This document shows, piece by piece, positions 36,489-46,023 of a stretch of DNA of 64,000 nt (within the stretch, counting starts at the first letter, position 1; every line of letters starts with the position of its first letter). This DNA is from an uncultured Candidatus Saccharibacteria bacterium. Its GTDB lineage: Bacteria; Patescibacteriota; Minisyncoccia; Phycocordibacterales; PALSA-1337. The stretch spans positions 75,803 to 139,802 of the forward strand of contig CAYXPQ010000001.1 of NCBI GenBank assembly GCA_964467225.1, given 5' to 3'. The notes beneath the pieces were generated by a model. That model saw only the letters and a program-made list of their open reading frames with translations. It had not been told where the DNA came from and made no database searches. The translations under genes and the position numbers were made by a program.

Positions 36489-36575
36489 GGAGAGATGGGT
36501 GAGTGGTTTAAACCAGCGGTTTACTAAACCGCCGTTCTTTAATTAGAACCGCGAGTTCGAATCTCGCTCTCTCCG
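36489..36575 (+). tRNA. type II tRNA-Ser-like gene with apparent anticodon ACU (unusual)
   Basis: Acceptor GGAGAGA/TCTCTCC, anticodon arm GCGGT-TTACTAA-ACCGC, long variable arm gttct-ttaat-agaac, T-arm GCGAG-TTCGAAT-CTCGC and discriminator G. Confidence 0.65.
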
Positions 36576-36577
36576 CA

Positions 36578-36706
36578 ATGATAAGCAAGGACGGCTAAAT
36601 GCCGTCCGAGCTTAGCATCATTGCGTGAGAAGAGCAGATGAGAAAGCCGGAGCGCGACGGCGCGAGGCAGGGTCGTAGGCTGAGCCAGCAGGCGAAGACC
36701 TATGAC
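36578..36706 (+). other. 129-nt GC-rich structured insert downstream of the second tRNA-Ser-like gene
   Basis: Hairpins caatgataagc..gcttagcatcattg and ggacggc-taaat-gccgtcc. It ends ...tgaCCGAAT, like element 1. Confidence 0.5.
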
Positions 36707-36726
36707 CGAATCTCGCTCTCTCCGCA
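36707..36726 (+). repeat. exact 20-nt direct repeat of the tRNA 3' end (T-loop to CA)
   Basis: cgaatctcgctctctccgca is identical to 36558..36577. Confidence 0.7.
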
Positions 36727-36732
36727 AATTAT

Positions 36733-37257
36733 TTACCCCTCAATCAACTCAACATTTATATCTAGAGTAACATCATTTGCAACTACTAATCCTCCCGCTT
36801 CCATAACAGCATTCCATGATACTCCATAATCTTGTCTGTTTAATGTACCTGTAACTGTAAAAGCTGCTACTCTTTTACCATATATACCCATAACTATTCC
36901 ATCAAAATATGCATCAAGTGTAACTGTTTTTGTTACTCCTCTCATTGTTAGATCACCTTCTATTAAATATTTATTTCCAGATGACTTCTTAAATGATTTT
37001 GAGACAAAAGACATAGTAGGATGATTGGCAGAGTCGAATAAGTCTGCAGATCTTAGATGATTATCTCTTGTTTCATTGTTTGTACTGATGCTTGAAGTCT
37101 TCGTACTGAATTCTATCTTTGCATTTTCAAAATCATCATTATCAGTGATTACATTTCCTGAGAATTCATTGAAATGACCCTTTACAGTTGAGACAACCAA
37201 ATGCTTTATCTTAAAACCTATTGTTGAATGTGCCGGATCAATATTCCATTGTGACAT
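36733..37257 (-). CDS. YceI-like polyisoprenoid-binding protein
   Basis: 174 aa. The N-terminus WNIDPAHSTIGFKIKHLVVSTVKGHFNEFSG matches the YceI family signature. Confidence 0.8.
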   Translation of the reverse strand: MSQWNIDPAHSTIGFKIKHLVVSTVKGHFNEFSGNVITDNDDFENAKIEFSTKTSSISTNNETRDNHLRSADLFDSANHPTMSFVSKSFKKSSGNKYLIEGDLTMRGVTKTVTLDAYFDGIVMGIYGKRVAAFTVTGTLNRQDYGVSWNAVMEAGGLVVANDVTLDINVELIEG

Positions 37258-37358
37258 AATTTTATTTATTTATATTTTTAATGCATCTATTTTAACACTA
37301 TGTACTTTACAAAGTAAAGTATTTACAAAATCATTTTATTATAATATTATTCCGAATT

Positions 37359-37661
37359 ATGAAGGGCTCAAATAAAAAGCATAATAAATGCCCAGTAACT
37401 CTAGTAGCAGACCTATTATCAGATAGATGGACTATGTTGATTATTAATAATCTTCTGAATAATGGGGAAATGAGATTCTGTGAACTTGAGCGTGCTCTTG
37501 TTGGTATTAGTACTAGAACTTTAACTTTAAAATTAAAGCATCTGGAGGAACAGTTGATAATTGAGAAGAACGATAACTATTATTGTCTTACAAAAATCGG
37601 CTCTAAATTGAATCCAATAATCAACGAAATGCGCTCGTTTGGTAAATATTTAATGATATAA
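37359..37661 (+). CDS. HxlR-family winged-helix transcriptional regulator
   Basis: CPVTLVADLLSDRWTMLIINNLLNGEMRFCELERAL.GISTRTLTLKLKHLEEQ matches the HxlR signature. Confidence 0.8.
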   Translation: MKGSNKKHNKCPVTLVADLLSDRWTMLIINNLLNNGEMRFCELERALVGISTRTLTLKLKHLEEQLIIEKNDNYYCLTKIGSKLNPIINEMRSFGKYLMI

Positions 37662-37690
37662 TTAGAATATTAAAAACTAATTATAAAATT

Positions 37691-38083
37691 ATGAAAGGAT
37701 ATGTAACAAATATTGAGAAAGTCTCTCTTGATAATGATAATTTTCGTAAAGTGCTCTACACAGATACAAATAGCCAATTGGTAGTAATGTCTTTATTACC
37801 AAGCGAGGATATAGGAGAAGAAGTGCATGATGTTGATCAATTCTTAAGAGTAGAGAAGGGAAATGGAAAGGCGGTTCTAAATGGAATTGAACATGAAATA
37901 TCAGATGGAAGTGTAATAATAGTACCTGTTGGAGTAAAGCATAATATCATCAATTCTTCTAATGGGTCCATGAAATTATATTCACTATATATGCCACCTC
38001 ATCACAAGGACGGAGTAGTACATAAGACCAAAGAAGAAGCTGAATCTGATACAGAACATTTCGATGGCGAAGTATCTGAATAG
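37691..38083 (+). CDS. cupin domain protein
   Basis: 130 aa with cupin motifs G.EVHDVDQ... and VIIVPVGVKHNI. Confidence 0.6.
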   Translation: MKGYVTNIEKVSLDNDNFRKVLYTDTNSQLVVMSLLPSEDIGEEVHDVDQFLRVEKGNGKAVLNGIEHEISDGSVIIVPVGVKHNIINSSNGSMKLYSLYMPPHHKDGVVHKTKEEAESDTEHFDGEVSE

Positions 38084-38085
38084 TA

Positions 38086-38694
38086 TTAATGTGTTAGTGT
38101 TAAGTTCATAATATTATTATATCCACCTTCGTCGAGACATCTATTTGCTTCATTTAATGTACTACCAGTAGTTGTTACATCATCAATAACTACTATTCTC
38201 TGATTTTTATCAATACTTTTGACTAAACTAAATATTTTTTGAGAATTTACTATTCTTTCTTTACGATTTTTATGTGTTTGCTTTTCTATATTTCTATTTC
38301 TAATAATAAAATCAAAGTCTTTTTTAAATATTTTATCTTTATCAAGTTTAATTATTTCATCAATCATTAATTCACATTGATTATAGCCACGTTCTCTTCT
38401 TCTTTCTTTAGAAATAGGTATTGGTATCAGTAATAATGGCTGATTATGCTTAATGAGTTCACAATATAGAGAATACCCAGCGATTTCTATGGCCTTTTTA
38501 TTTCTTTTGTATTTGATTTGCCATACTAACTCCTTAATTATTGGTTCTTGATATGGATAAATAGAGCTATTCCACTCATTTTTAAATGAATATTTACTAT
38601 AAAGCTCTTCTTTATTGATATTTCTTATTTCAACTTCATTTATATTAGGAGGGAAAATAAAGTCTAGAATGTAGTCAATTATTTTTAACATCAT
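38086..38694 (-). CDS. ComF-like phosphoribosyltransferase-domain protein (lacks N-terminal zinc ribbon)
   Basis: C-terminal PRTase motif RIVVIDDVTTTGSTL. It is adjacent to the type IV pilus locus. Confidence 0.6.
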   Translation of the reverse strand: MMLKIIDYILDFIFPPNINEVEIRNINKEELYSKYSFKNEWNSSIYPYQEPIIKELVWQIKYKRNKKAIEIAGYSLYCELIKHNQPLLLIPIPISKERRRERGYNQCELMIDEIIKLDKDKIFKKDFDFIIRNRNIEKQTHKNRKERIVNSQKIFSLVKSIDKNQRIVVIDDVTTTGSTLNEANRCLDEGGYNNIMNLTLTH

Positions 38695-38735
38695 ATCATT
38701 CTACACTAATTCTTGATTAGTGATATAATACTGCA

Positions 38736-39875
38736 ATGAGTTTTATGAGTAGTATATTCTCAATTTTCTCAAGCAAGAGCCCCAGTGTTCTTGGTGTTGA
38801 TATTGGTTCCTCTGCGATAAAGGTAGTACAGATAAAGAAAAAAAGAGGAAGGGCAGTGCTCGAAACCTACGGAGAACTTGCTCTAGGCCCATATTCTGGT
38901 GTGGAAGTTGGTAGGGCCACGAATCTTCCTGTAGACAAAATTATTGATGCATTAAAGGATATTCTAAGAGAATCAAAGACAACTACAGTCTCAGCTGGAG
39001 TAGCTCTCCCGTTATCTTCAAGCCTCATTTCATTTATCAGTGTTCCCGCAGTTCCAGACAAGCAATTAGCTGATGTTATAAAACTTGAAGCTAGAAAGTA
39101 CATACCAGTGCCTATGAATGAAGTAATGATTGATTATTCTATTGTTCCTAAGGAAGATAATTATCCTCCTGAGGATGATAGTCAAAATCAAAATACAAAG
39201 CCAGATCCTGCTCAACCTTCAAAGTTAGTTAATAAAGATGTATTGGTTGTGGCAATTCACAATGAATACGTAAATAATTACCAATCAATTATGACTGGAA
39301 GCGGTATACAACCGACTTTCTATGAAATTGAGTTATTTAGTTCAATAAGAGCTGTGGTAGATCAGGGTATTAATGCTGTAATGATTGTAGATATGGGTGC
39401 AAGTATTACCAAGCTCTATATAGTCGAAAGAGGAATATTACGCACATCTCATATTATAAATAGAGGAGGTCAAGATATTACCTTAGCTATTTCAAAATCA
39501 CTAAGTGTTAGTGTCAGTGAAGCAGAAAACTTAAAGAGAGTAAATGGTCTCAAGGGTGGTCCAGAATACAAAGAATTGACTGAAATCATAACAGTTAATC
39601 TAGATTACGTATTCTATGAGGCAAATGCTACAATGCTGAATTATCAAAAGAAATACATGAAGAATGTAAGTAAAGTAATACTTACTGGTGGGGGAGTATT
39701 ATTAAAAGGTCTTACAGATCTTGCAAAGATCAGTTTCCAAACTGAAGTGATATATGCAGACCCATTTTCAAGATTAGAAACCCCTGCTTTCTTAGCAGAT
39801 CATTTCCTTCAAGCGGGTCCAGAATTTGCAGTAGCGATTGGTTGTGCTCTGAGAAGGCTTTCCGAGGTTGATTGA
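38736..39875 (+). CDS. pilM: type IV pilus assembly protein PilM (actin-like ATPase fold)
   Basis: 379 aa with N-terminus VLGVDIGSSAIKVVQI. It is first in the pilMNO order. Confidence 0.8.
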   Translation: MSFMSSIFSIFSSKSPSVLGVDIGSSAIKVVQIKKKRGRAVLETYGELALGPYSGVEVGRATNLPVDKIIDALKDILRESKTTTVSAGVALPLSSSLISFISVPAVPDKQLADVIKLEARKYIPVPMNEVMIDYSIVPKEDNYPPEDDSQNQNTKPDPAQPSKLVNKDVLVVAIHNEYVNNYQSIMTGSGIQPTFYEIELFSSIRAVVDQGINAVMIVDMGASITKLYIVERGILRTSHIINRGGQDITLAISKSLSVSVSEAENLKRVNGLKGGPEYKELTEIITVNLDYVFYEANATMLNYQKKYMKNVSKVILTGGGVLLKGLTDLAKISFQTEVIYADPFSRLETPAFLADHFLQAGPEFAVAIGCALRRLSEVD

Positions 39876-39933
39876 TAAGATATACACATAAGCTATCGAT
39901 TTAACTTTAATAATCTAGTATAATTTATACTGA

Positions 39934-40575
39934 ATGGAGACTAAATTTCAAACATCATTTATACCAAAGAAACCTTTAGTAACTGATCCTACTAAACCTA
40001 TAGTCGTTCACCGCGGAGGTGTAAGTATAATGATGATTGTATCAATAATTCTATTCATTGCATCAATAGGAGGTGCAGTATTTAGTGTTGTTTGGATTGG
40101 AGTTCTAAACCAAGCTCAAGAATCATATAAACAACAATTAGCGGATAGCGAAAAGAGATTTAATATATCCTTAATTGAAGATTTAAAGAAATTTAGTTCA
40201 AAAATTGAAATCAGTAAGGAATTATTCGAGAAACATTTAAGTGTTTCAGAGATTTTTCCAATTATTAATGAATTGACTATTGAAACAGTAAAATTTGATA
40301 GTTTTGTATTTTCTGAACCAGAGAAAGGTGGAGATAATATAAAGATTACAATGTACGGAGTAGCAAAAAACTATAATTCTATAGCATTTCAGTCAGATGT
40401 ATTCGGTTCTTCAGAGAAATTCGGCAAGAATAAAGTAATAAAGAATCCAGTGGTTGCAGATCTCTCAGAAGAAGAGAGTGGTGAGATCAACTTTACATTT
40501 AGTGGTTTATTAAGTACCAATGATGTGTTGTATGAGAAGACGGTAGATGCAAGTGTTAATATCAACAATCAATAA
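39934..40575 (+). CDS. pilN: type IV pilus assembly protein PilN-like (single TM)
   Basis: 213 aa bitopic protein following pilM. Confidence 0.65.
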   Translation: METKFQTSFIPKKPLVTDPTKPIVVHRGGVSIMMIVSIILFIASIGGAVFSVVWIGVLNQAQESYKQQLADSEKRFNISLIEDLKKFSSKIEISKELFEKHLSVSEIFPIINELTIETVKFDSFVFSEPEKGGDNIKITMYGVAKNYNSIAFQSDVFGSSEKFGKNKVIKNPVVADLSEEESGEINFTFSGLLSTNDVLYEKTVDASVNINNQ

Positions 40576-40580
40576 ATTAT

Positions 40581-41156
40581 ATGAATAAAGGAGTTGCACC
40601 AATTCTACTTTTAATACTAGCTGTCGGAGTATACTTTACTTTTACTAAGAGTAAGGTCGATGAAATTAAGTCTATAAAAACCGTAAATGCTGGATACGAA
40701 GAAGCTCTAGAGAATGTAGAGAAGCTTATTAAGGTCCGTGATGGAGTTCTAAAGACATATAATTCGATTGATGAGGTTGATAGAAGAAGATTAGATAAGA
40801 TTATCCCAAATAACATAGACAATGTAAGATTGATAATTGATATTAAGGGAATTGGTGAGCAGCATGGCTTAACGCTAAGAAATGTTAAAACAAGTGCAAA
40901 GAGTGCCGCTACAACAAATTCAGCTAATGGTGTAGGTATAGGTTCAGAAGTTTCTGCCTATGGTAGTGACTCATCAAAATATGAGACAGTGACTCTTTCA
41001 TTTGAAGTAGCAGCAAGTTATAAGAGTTTTGTTGAATTACTAAAATCAATAGAATCTAGTTTGAGAATATTAGATATTTCAAAAATAGATATTATAGCCA
41101 ATGATACAAATATCTATGATTATGAGGTTGAGTTAAAGACATATTGGTTAAAATAA
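40581..41156 (+). CDS. pilO: type IV pilus assembly protein PilO-like
   Basis: 191 aa with an N-terminal TM helix and a coiled-coil region. Confidence 0.6.
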   Translation: MNKGVAPILLLILAVGVYFTFTKSKVDEIKSIKTVNAGYEEALENVEKLIKVRDGVLKTYNSIDEVDRRRLDKIIPNNIDNVRLIIDIKGIGEQHGLTLRNVKTSAKSAATTNSANGVGIGSEVSAYGSDSSKYETVTLSFEVAASYKSFVELLKSIESSLRILDISKIDIIANDTNIYDYEVELKTYWLK

Positions 41157-41163
41157 TAAAATT

Positions 41164-41529
41164 ATGAATAATCAATCTTCATCAAAAAAAACAATAATAG
41201 TATTCATCATAATTTTGGCAATTAGTGGATTATTGTATTTCTATTCTATTGGTTCACCAAGTGATTCCTCAGTGTCATCATTGGATGTAAGCATTCCACC
41301 AGATGCAATGGTATCAGGTGTGGTCAGTTCCAAGGCTTTAGTTTTACTTAGAGAAGTCAGTACATTAAAGATAGATCCTAATTTCTTTGGTGGTGCTATT
41401 TATAAATCTCTACTAGACTATTCTGTTGAAGTACCACCTCAAAATGTTGGAAGACCAAATCCATTTCAACCATTCCCAGGACAGTCAAAGACTTCCATGA
41501 ATAAGTCGATAGCTCCAAGGACAAGATAA
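41164..41529 (+). CDS. hypothetical membrane-anchored protein (PilP-like position)
   Basis: 121 aa with an N-terminal TM helix, between pilO and pilB. Confidence 0.4.
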   Translation: MNNQSSSKKTIIVFIIILAISGLLYFYSIGSPSDSSVSSLDVSIPPDAMVSGVVSSKALVLLREVSTLKIDPNFFGGAIYKSLLDYSVEVPPQNVGRPNPFQPFPGQSKTSMNKSIAPRTR

Positions 41530-41533
41530 ATAT

Positions 41534-43249
41534 ATGAGTGTAGTTGATATTCTATTAAAGAAAAATCTTATATCACAAGATGATATACGTGAGATTAAAA
41601 AGAGAACTGGAGAAGGAGAATCTCTAGATCAAATTTTGGTTGAAATAGGAGTCCATTCAGAAGATATATTGGCTGCCAGAGGTGAATTTCTGAATATTCC
41701 TATTAGAAATTTAGGTGAATCTAGTGTTCCATTTGAAGCTTTGGATTATATCCCAGAAGAATCAGCAACCCATTATAAATTTGTTCCAATTGGATTGAAA
41801 GAAGGGACTTTAGAAGTTGGTATTGTTGATCCTGATAATATAGAAGCTAGAGATGCATTAAATTTTATTGCATCAAAAAGTAATATTCCTTACAAAATAT
41901 TTTTGATAAGTGGTACAGATTATACAAAAGTAATAGAGTTATATAAGGGAATTGGTGGAGAGGTATCAAAGGCTCTTTCTGAACTTGAAACTGTTCTCTC
42001 TATTGATAACGAAGCTACAGTAGATGTAAAGAAAGGCAAGACAGAGAAAGACACAAATGCAATAATCATAGAAGATGCTCCTGTGGTCAAGATTGTAGCA
42101 ACTATTGTTAGATATGCTACAGAGGGTAATGCTTCTGATGTACATATTGAACATATGCGTGACAGAGTCAGGGTACGTTTCCGTGTCGATGGTACTCTAA
42201 ACACTAGTCTCGTTCTTCCATCTCAAGTTCATAGTGCTGTGGTCGCACGCATTAAGGTTCTTTCTAATATGAAATTAGACGAGAAAAGAAAACCGCAGGA
42301 CGGCAGATTCTCAGCAAGAATTGATGGTAGGAAAGTGGATTTTCGAGTCTCTACATTTCCAGCTTACTATGGGGAGAAGGTCGTGATGCGTATCCTAGAT
42401 CAAGAGAAGGGTGTAAAGAAGATTGAGGAGATGGGACTGTCTGAGAAAAACCTAGCACATTTCAAAGAGGCAATTAATAAACCATATGGACTAATTTTGA
42501 TCACTGGACCTACAGGTTCTGGAAAATCAACAACACTTTACTCTATGTTAAATGAAGTTGATAGAGAAGGAGCAAATGTGCTTTCTCTAGAAGATCCTAT
42601 TGAATATAATATGGATGGTGTAAGTCAGTCACAGGTCCATCCAGAGATTGGTTATACATTTGCTTCTGGATTGCGTACAACTCTTAGACAAGATCCAGAT
42701 ATAATAATGGTCGGTGAGATCCGAGATAAGGAGACTGCGCAGCTTGCTGTGCAAGCTGCGCTTACAGGTCACTTAGTGTTCTCAACCCTACACACTAACA
42801 ATGCCGCTGGAGTTATACCAAGACTTATAGATATGGGTGTAGATCCTTATCTTATTGCGCCAACACTTATTCTCGCAATCGCTCAGAGACTTGTCGGAAC
42901 TCTGCCTCAAGGTGGGGGTAAGCCTATTCCGGTTGAAGGTAGTATAAAAATGCTTATTGATAGACAATTCTCTGATCTTCCAGAGCAATATAAGAAGGAG
43001 ATTCCATTTACAGATACAGTATTCGGAATAAATCCAACCCCCGACTGTCCAAAAGGAACACGAGGACGTATGGCAGTGTTTGAAGTTATGAGAATGGATA
43101 AAGAAATTGAAGCAGCAATTCTAAAAAACCCAAATGAGTTAGAGATTTCAAGAATATTAAGACAAAAGGGAATGTTGACGATGAAAGAGGATGCAATGCT
43201 GAAAGCCTTTCAAAGGATAATTCCATTTGAGGAAGTTAATAAGCTCTAG
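41534..43249 (+). CDS. pilB: type IV pilus assembly ATPase PilB (GspE family)
   Basis: 571 aa with an N-terminal GSPII_E_N-like domain and Walker A GPTGSGKSTTLY. Asp and His boxes are present. Confidence 0.9.
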   Translation: MSVVDILLKKNLISQDDIREIKKRTGEGESLDQILVEIGVHSEDILAARGEFLNIPIRNLGESSVPFEALDYIPEESATHYKFVPIGLKEGTLEVGIVDPDNIEARDALNFIASKSNIPYKIFLISGTDYTKVIELYKGIGGEVSKALSELETVLSIDNEATVDVKKGKTEKDTNAIIIEDAPVVKIVATIVRYATEGNASDVHIEHMRDRVRVRFRVDGTLNTSLVLPSQVHSAVVARIKVLSNMKLDEKRKPQDGRFSARIDGRKVDFRVSTFPAYYGEKVVMRILDQEKGVKKIEEMGLSEKNLAHFKEAINKPYGLILITGPTGSGKSTTLYSMLNEVDREGANVLSLEDPIEYNMDGVSQSQVHPEIGYTFASGLRTTLRQDPDIIMVGEIRDKETAQLAVQAALTGHLVFSTLHTNNAAGVIPRLIDMGVDPYLIAPTLILAIAQRLVGTLPQGGGKPIPVEGSIKMLIDRQFSDLPEQYKKEIPFTDTVFGINPTPDCPKGTRGRMAVFEVMRMDKEIEAAILKNPNELEISRILRQKGMLTMKEDAMLKAFQRIIPFEEVNKL

Positions 43250-43261
43250 TATAATAAAGTC

Positions 43262-43657
43262 ATGAATAATGAAAATGTAAGCATACTTTTTATTGATGAT
43301 GATAAATTTCTACTTGATATGTATGCATTGAAATTTTCAAAGAATAATTTTGATGTTCATACTGCTCAGGGTCCTGAGGAGGGTCTGAAATTACTAAGAG
43401 ATGGATTGAGGCCAAATATAATTCTGACAGATGTGGTAATGCCTGCTATGGATGGAATAGAATTACTAGAGACAGCACAGAAGGAAGGCTTGGTTAAGAA
43501 TAGCGTTCTTATAATTCTTACGAATCAAGGTTTACCTGATGATATAGCTAGAGCTAAGAAGATTGGTGTAGATGGATATATTATTAAGGCAACCACCATT
43601 CCATCCGAAGTACTTATACAAGTTCAAAAGATTTATTTATCATCAAAAAGACAATAG
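43262..43657 (+). CDS. response regulator receiver domain protein (CheY-like, stand-alone)
   Basis: 131 aa with phospho-acceptor region ILFIDDD...DVVMPAMDG. It lies between pilB and pilT. Confidence 0.8.
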   Translation: MNNENVSILFIDDDKFLLDMYALKFSKNNFDVHTAQGPEEGLKLLRDGLRPNIILTDVVMPAMDGIELLETAQKEGLVKNSVLIILTNQGLPDDIARAKKIGVDGYIIKATTIPSEVLIQVQKIYLSSKRQ

Positions 43658-43658
43658 T

Positions 43659-44717
43659 ATGGAATATAAAAAAGAAATTGAGCAATTAGTCGACATGGTT
43701 ATAAAGGAGAATGCTTCAGATCTTCATTTGGCTGAAGGTAGGAATCCTATTATTCGTGTATCGGGCAATCTAATTCCTTTAGCTAAACTTCCCAAGCTTA
43801 GTTCTGCTGATATGAATGGTCTTATTTCTCAATTTTTAACTCCAGAGAACAAAGAGATATTTAAAAACGATAGGTCTGTGGATTTCTCTTATAGTATGAC
43901 CTCAGCACGTTTCCGAGGTAATGCTTTCTATCATCAAGGTGAAATATCAATTGCACTAAGACTTATTCCAAAACAGATTAGAACTTTAGCTGAGCTTAAT
44001 CTTCCACCCATTATTGAAACATTTACACGTAAACAGCAAGGGTTCTTTCTTGTTGTTGGACCAATTGGTCAAGGAAAGTCTACCACTCTTGCTTCTTTGA
44101 TTGAGATGATAAATCAAACTAGAACTGAGCATATTATGACCATTGAAGATCCTATTGAGTATATGTATGAGTCCAAAAAATCTATCATTGATCAAAGAGA
44201 GGTTAGGGTCGATACTCCAGGTTTCAAAGAAGGACTTGTTTCAATGTTCAGACAAGATATTGATGTGTGTTTAGTAGGGGAAATGCGCGATACAGACACT
44301 ATCGCTACTGCTGTAACTGCTGCAGAGACAGGTCATTTGGTATTCTCAACTCTACATACAAACAACGCAGCCCAGACCATTAACCGTATTATTGATTCAT
44401 TCCCATCAGGTCAACAAGATCAGATTAGGATTCAGCTTGCTGGAAGTCTTACAGGAATATTTTCTCAGAGATTAATTCCTAGAATTTCTGGAGGTTTGAT
44501 TCCTGCATTTGAGCTACTTATTAATAATAATGCAGTTGCGAATCTTATAAGAGAGAAGAGAATTCATGAAATTAATACTGTAATAGAAACAAGTTCTGGA
44601 GATGGAATGGTTGATATGAACAGATCTTTGGCAGAATTAGTACGCGCAAGAGAGATTACTGTAGAGAGTGCATATCTGAATTCACTTAATCCCAAAACTC
44701 TTGAACGTCTGGTATAA
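43659..44717 (+). CDS. pilT: twitching motility ATPase PilT
   Basis: Start set at MEYKKEIEQLVD (ATG 43659), just after the receiver stop. Walker A GPIGQGKSTTL. ~352 aa. Confidence 0.85.
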   Translation: MEYKKEIEQLVDMVIKENASDLHLAEGRNPIIRVSGNLIPLAKLPKLSSADMNGLISQFLTPENKEIFKNDRSVDFSYSMTSARFRGNAFYHQGEISIALRLIPKQIRTLAELNLPPIIETFTRKQQGFFLVVGPIGQGKSTTLASLIEMINQTRTEHIMTIEDPIEYMYESKKSIIDQREVRVDTPGFKEGLVSMFRQDIDVCLVGEMRDTDTIATAVTAAETGHLVFSTLHTNNAAQTINRIIDSFPSGQQDQIRIQLAGSLTGIFSQRLIPRISGGLIPAFELLINNNAVANLIREKRIHEINTVIETSSGDGMVDMNRSLAELVRAREITVESAYLNSLNPKTLERLV

Positions 44718-44729
44718 TTAAACAAAATT

Positions 44730-45938
44730 ATGCTTTTTATATATCAAGCAATAGATCAAACAGGTGCACCAAAGAATGGATCAATAGATGCAGTGAATGT
44801 TGATGTTGCCATTGCTTCTCTACAGAGAAGAGGGTTGGTAATAACGTCTATAAATGAAGAAGGTGCGAAGAAATTCAATATGTCCATGAATATTTCATGG
44901 TTAGAGAGAGTGTCTAATAAAGATATTGTTATTCTTTCTAGACAATTGGCTACACTTTTTGAAGCTCAAGTCTCTGCGCTTAGAATCTTCAGACTATTAG
45001 GAGGAGAAGCAGAGAATAAAGTCTTGAGATCAAAACTTAATATAATTGCTGATGATCTTCAAGCGGGTAGTTCTATTTCTATAGCATTGTCTAAGCATCC
45101 CAAAATTTTCTCAGAATTTTATGTAAGTATGGTTAAATCAGGTGAGGAATCAGGTAAATTAAATGAGACCTTTAGCTATTTGGCAGATTATCTCGATAGA
45201 ACTTATGAATTAGTATCCAAAGCTCGTGGTGCGCTTATCTATCCATCATTTGTTATTATGACCTTTATTACTGTGATGATACTAATGTTCACTATGGTTA
45301 TTCCAAAAATTAGTACCATTTTGGTTGAATCTGGTCAGGATATCCCAATATATACCAAGATCGTCTTGGGTATTAGTAATTTCTTTGTTGATTTTGGCTT
45401 TATATTGGCGGGTATAGTTATAATTGGAGGTTTCTTATTAATTAGATATATTCGAACTCCGACTGGTAAAGCAGCTTTTGATAGATTTAAGTTAAGTGTT
45501 CCTTATGTTAGTAACCTTTTCCGTAAGTTATATTGGTCAAGGCTTTCGGATAACATGAATACAATGCTTGTATCAGGCATTCCTATTGTTAGAGCACTAG
45601 AATTAACATCCTCAGTTATTAACAATTCCATCTATCAGAAGATTCTGGCAGATGCAGTTGATTCAGTTAAGGCTGGTAAAGCTGTATCTGAAGCTTTAAC
45701 TGTAAATGGTGAGATTCCTGGAATTATGATTCAAATGATGAAAGTGGGTGAGGAGTCTGGAGAGTTGGGTCCAATATTGAAGACTCTTGCTAGATTTTAC
45801 GCTAGAGAGGTCACTACAGCGGTGGACGCCTTGGTGGGATTGATTGAGCCACTTATGATTGTCTGTCTTGGAGGTGGTGTTGCCGTGCTACTAGCTTCTG
45901 TCCTAATACCTATTTACAATGTAGCCTCTGCACAATAG
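44730..45938 (+). CDS. pilC: type IV pilus inner-membrane platform protein PilC (GspF family)
   Basis: 402 aa with two GspF repeats. Confidence 0.85.
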   Translation: MLFIYQAIDQTGAPKNGSIDAVNVDVAIASLQRRGLVITSINEEGAKKFNMSMNISWLERVSNKDIVILSRQLATLFEAQVSALRIFRLLGGEAENKVLRSKLNIIADDLQAGSSISIALSKHPKIFSEFYVSMVKSGEESGKLNETFSYLADYLDRTYELVSKARGALIYPSFVIMTFITVMILMFTMVIPKISTILVESGQDIPIYTKIVLGISNFFVDFGFILAGIVIIGGFLLIRYIRTPTGKAAFDRFKLSVPYVSNLFRKLYWSRLSDNMNTMLVSGIPIVRALELTSSVINNSIYQKILADAVDSVKAGKAVSEALTVNGEIPGIMIQMMKVGEESGELGPILKTLARFYAREVTTAVDALVGLIEPLMIVCLGGGVAVLLASVLIPIYNVASAQ

Positions 45939-46023
45939 TTTTCCACAAACAATATCATTGTTATGTTTTATCTGTTATAATTATAGCCATCAAGTAATTA
46001 TTAATAAGTAATTTAATTAGTTT

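Noticed and set aside
35008-36706. Possibility that the GC-rich inserts are SRP (4.5S) RNA, RNase P RNA or 6S RNA
   Set aside because: No conserved SRP domain-IV motif or RNase P P4/CR-I sequences were seen. Two homologous copies next to tRNAs, each with a target-site duplication, do not fit a single-copy housekeeping RNA.
43572-43658. Upstream extension of pilT ORF overlapping the receiver gene
   Set aside because: The ATG at 43659, immediately after the receiver stop, gives the canonical PilT N-terminus. The extension overlaps the receiver CDS in another frame.
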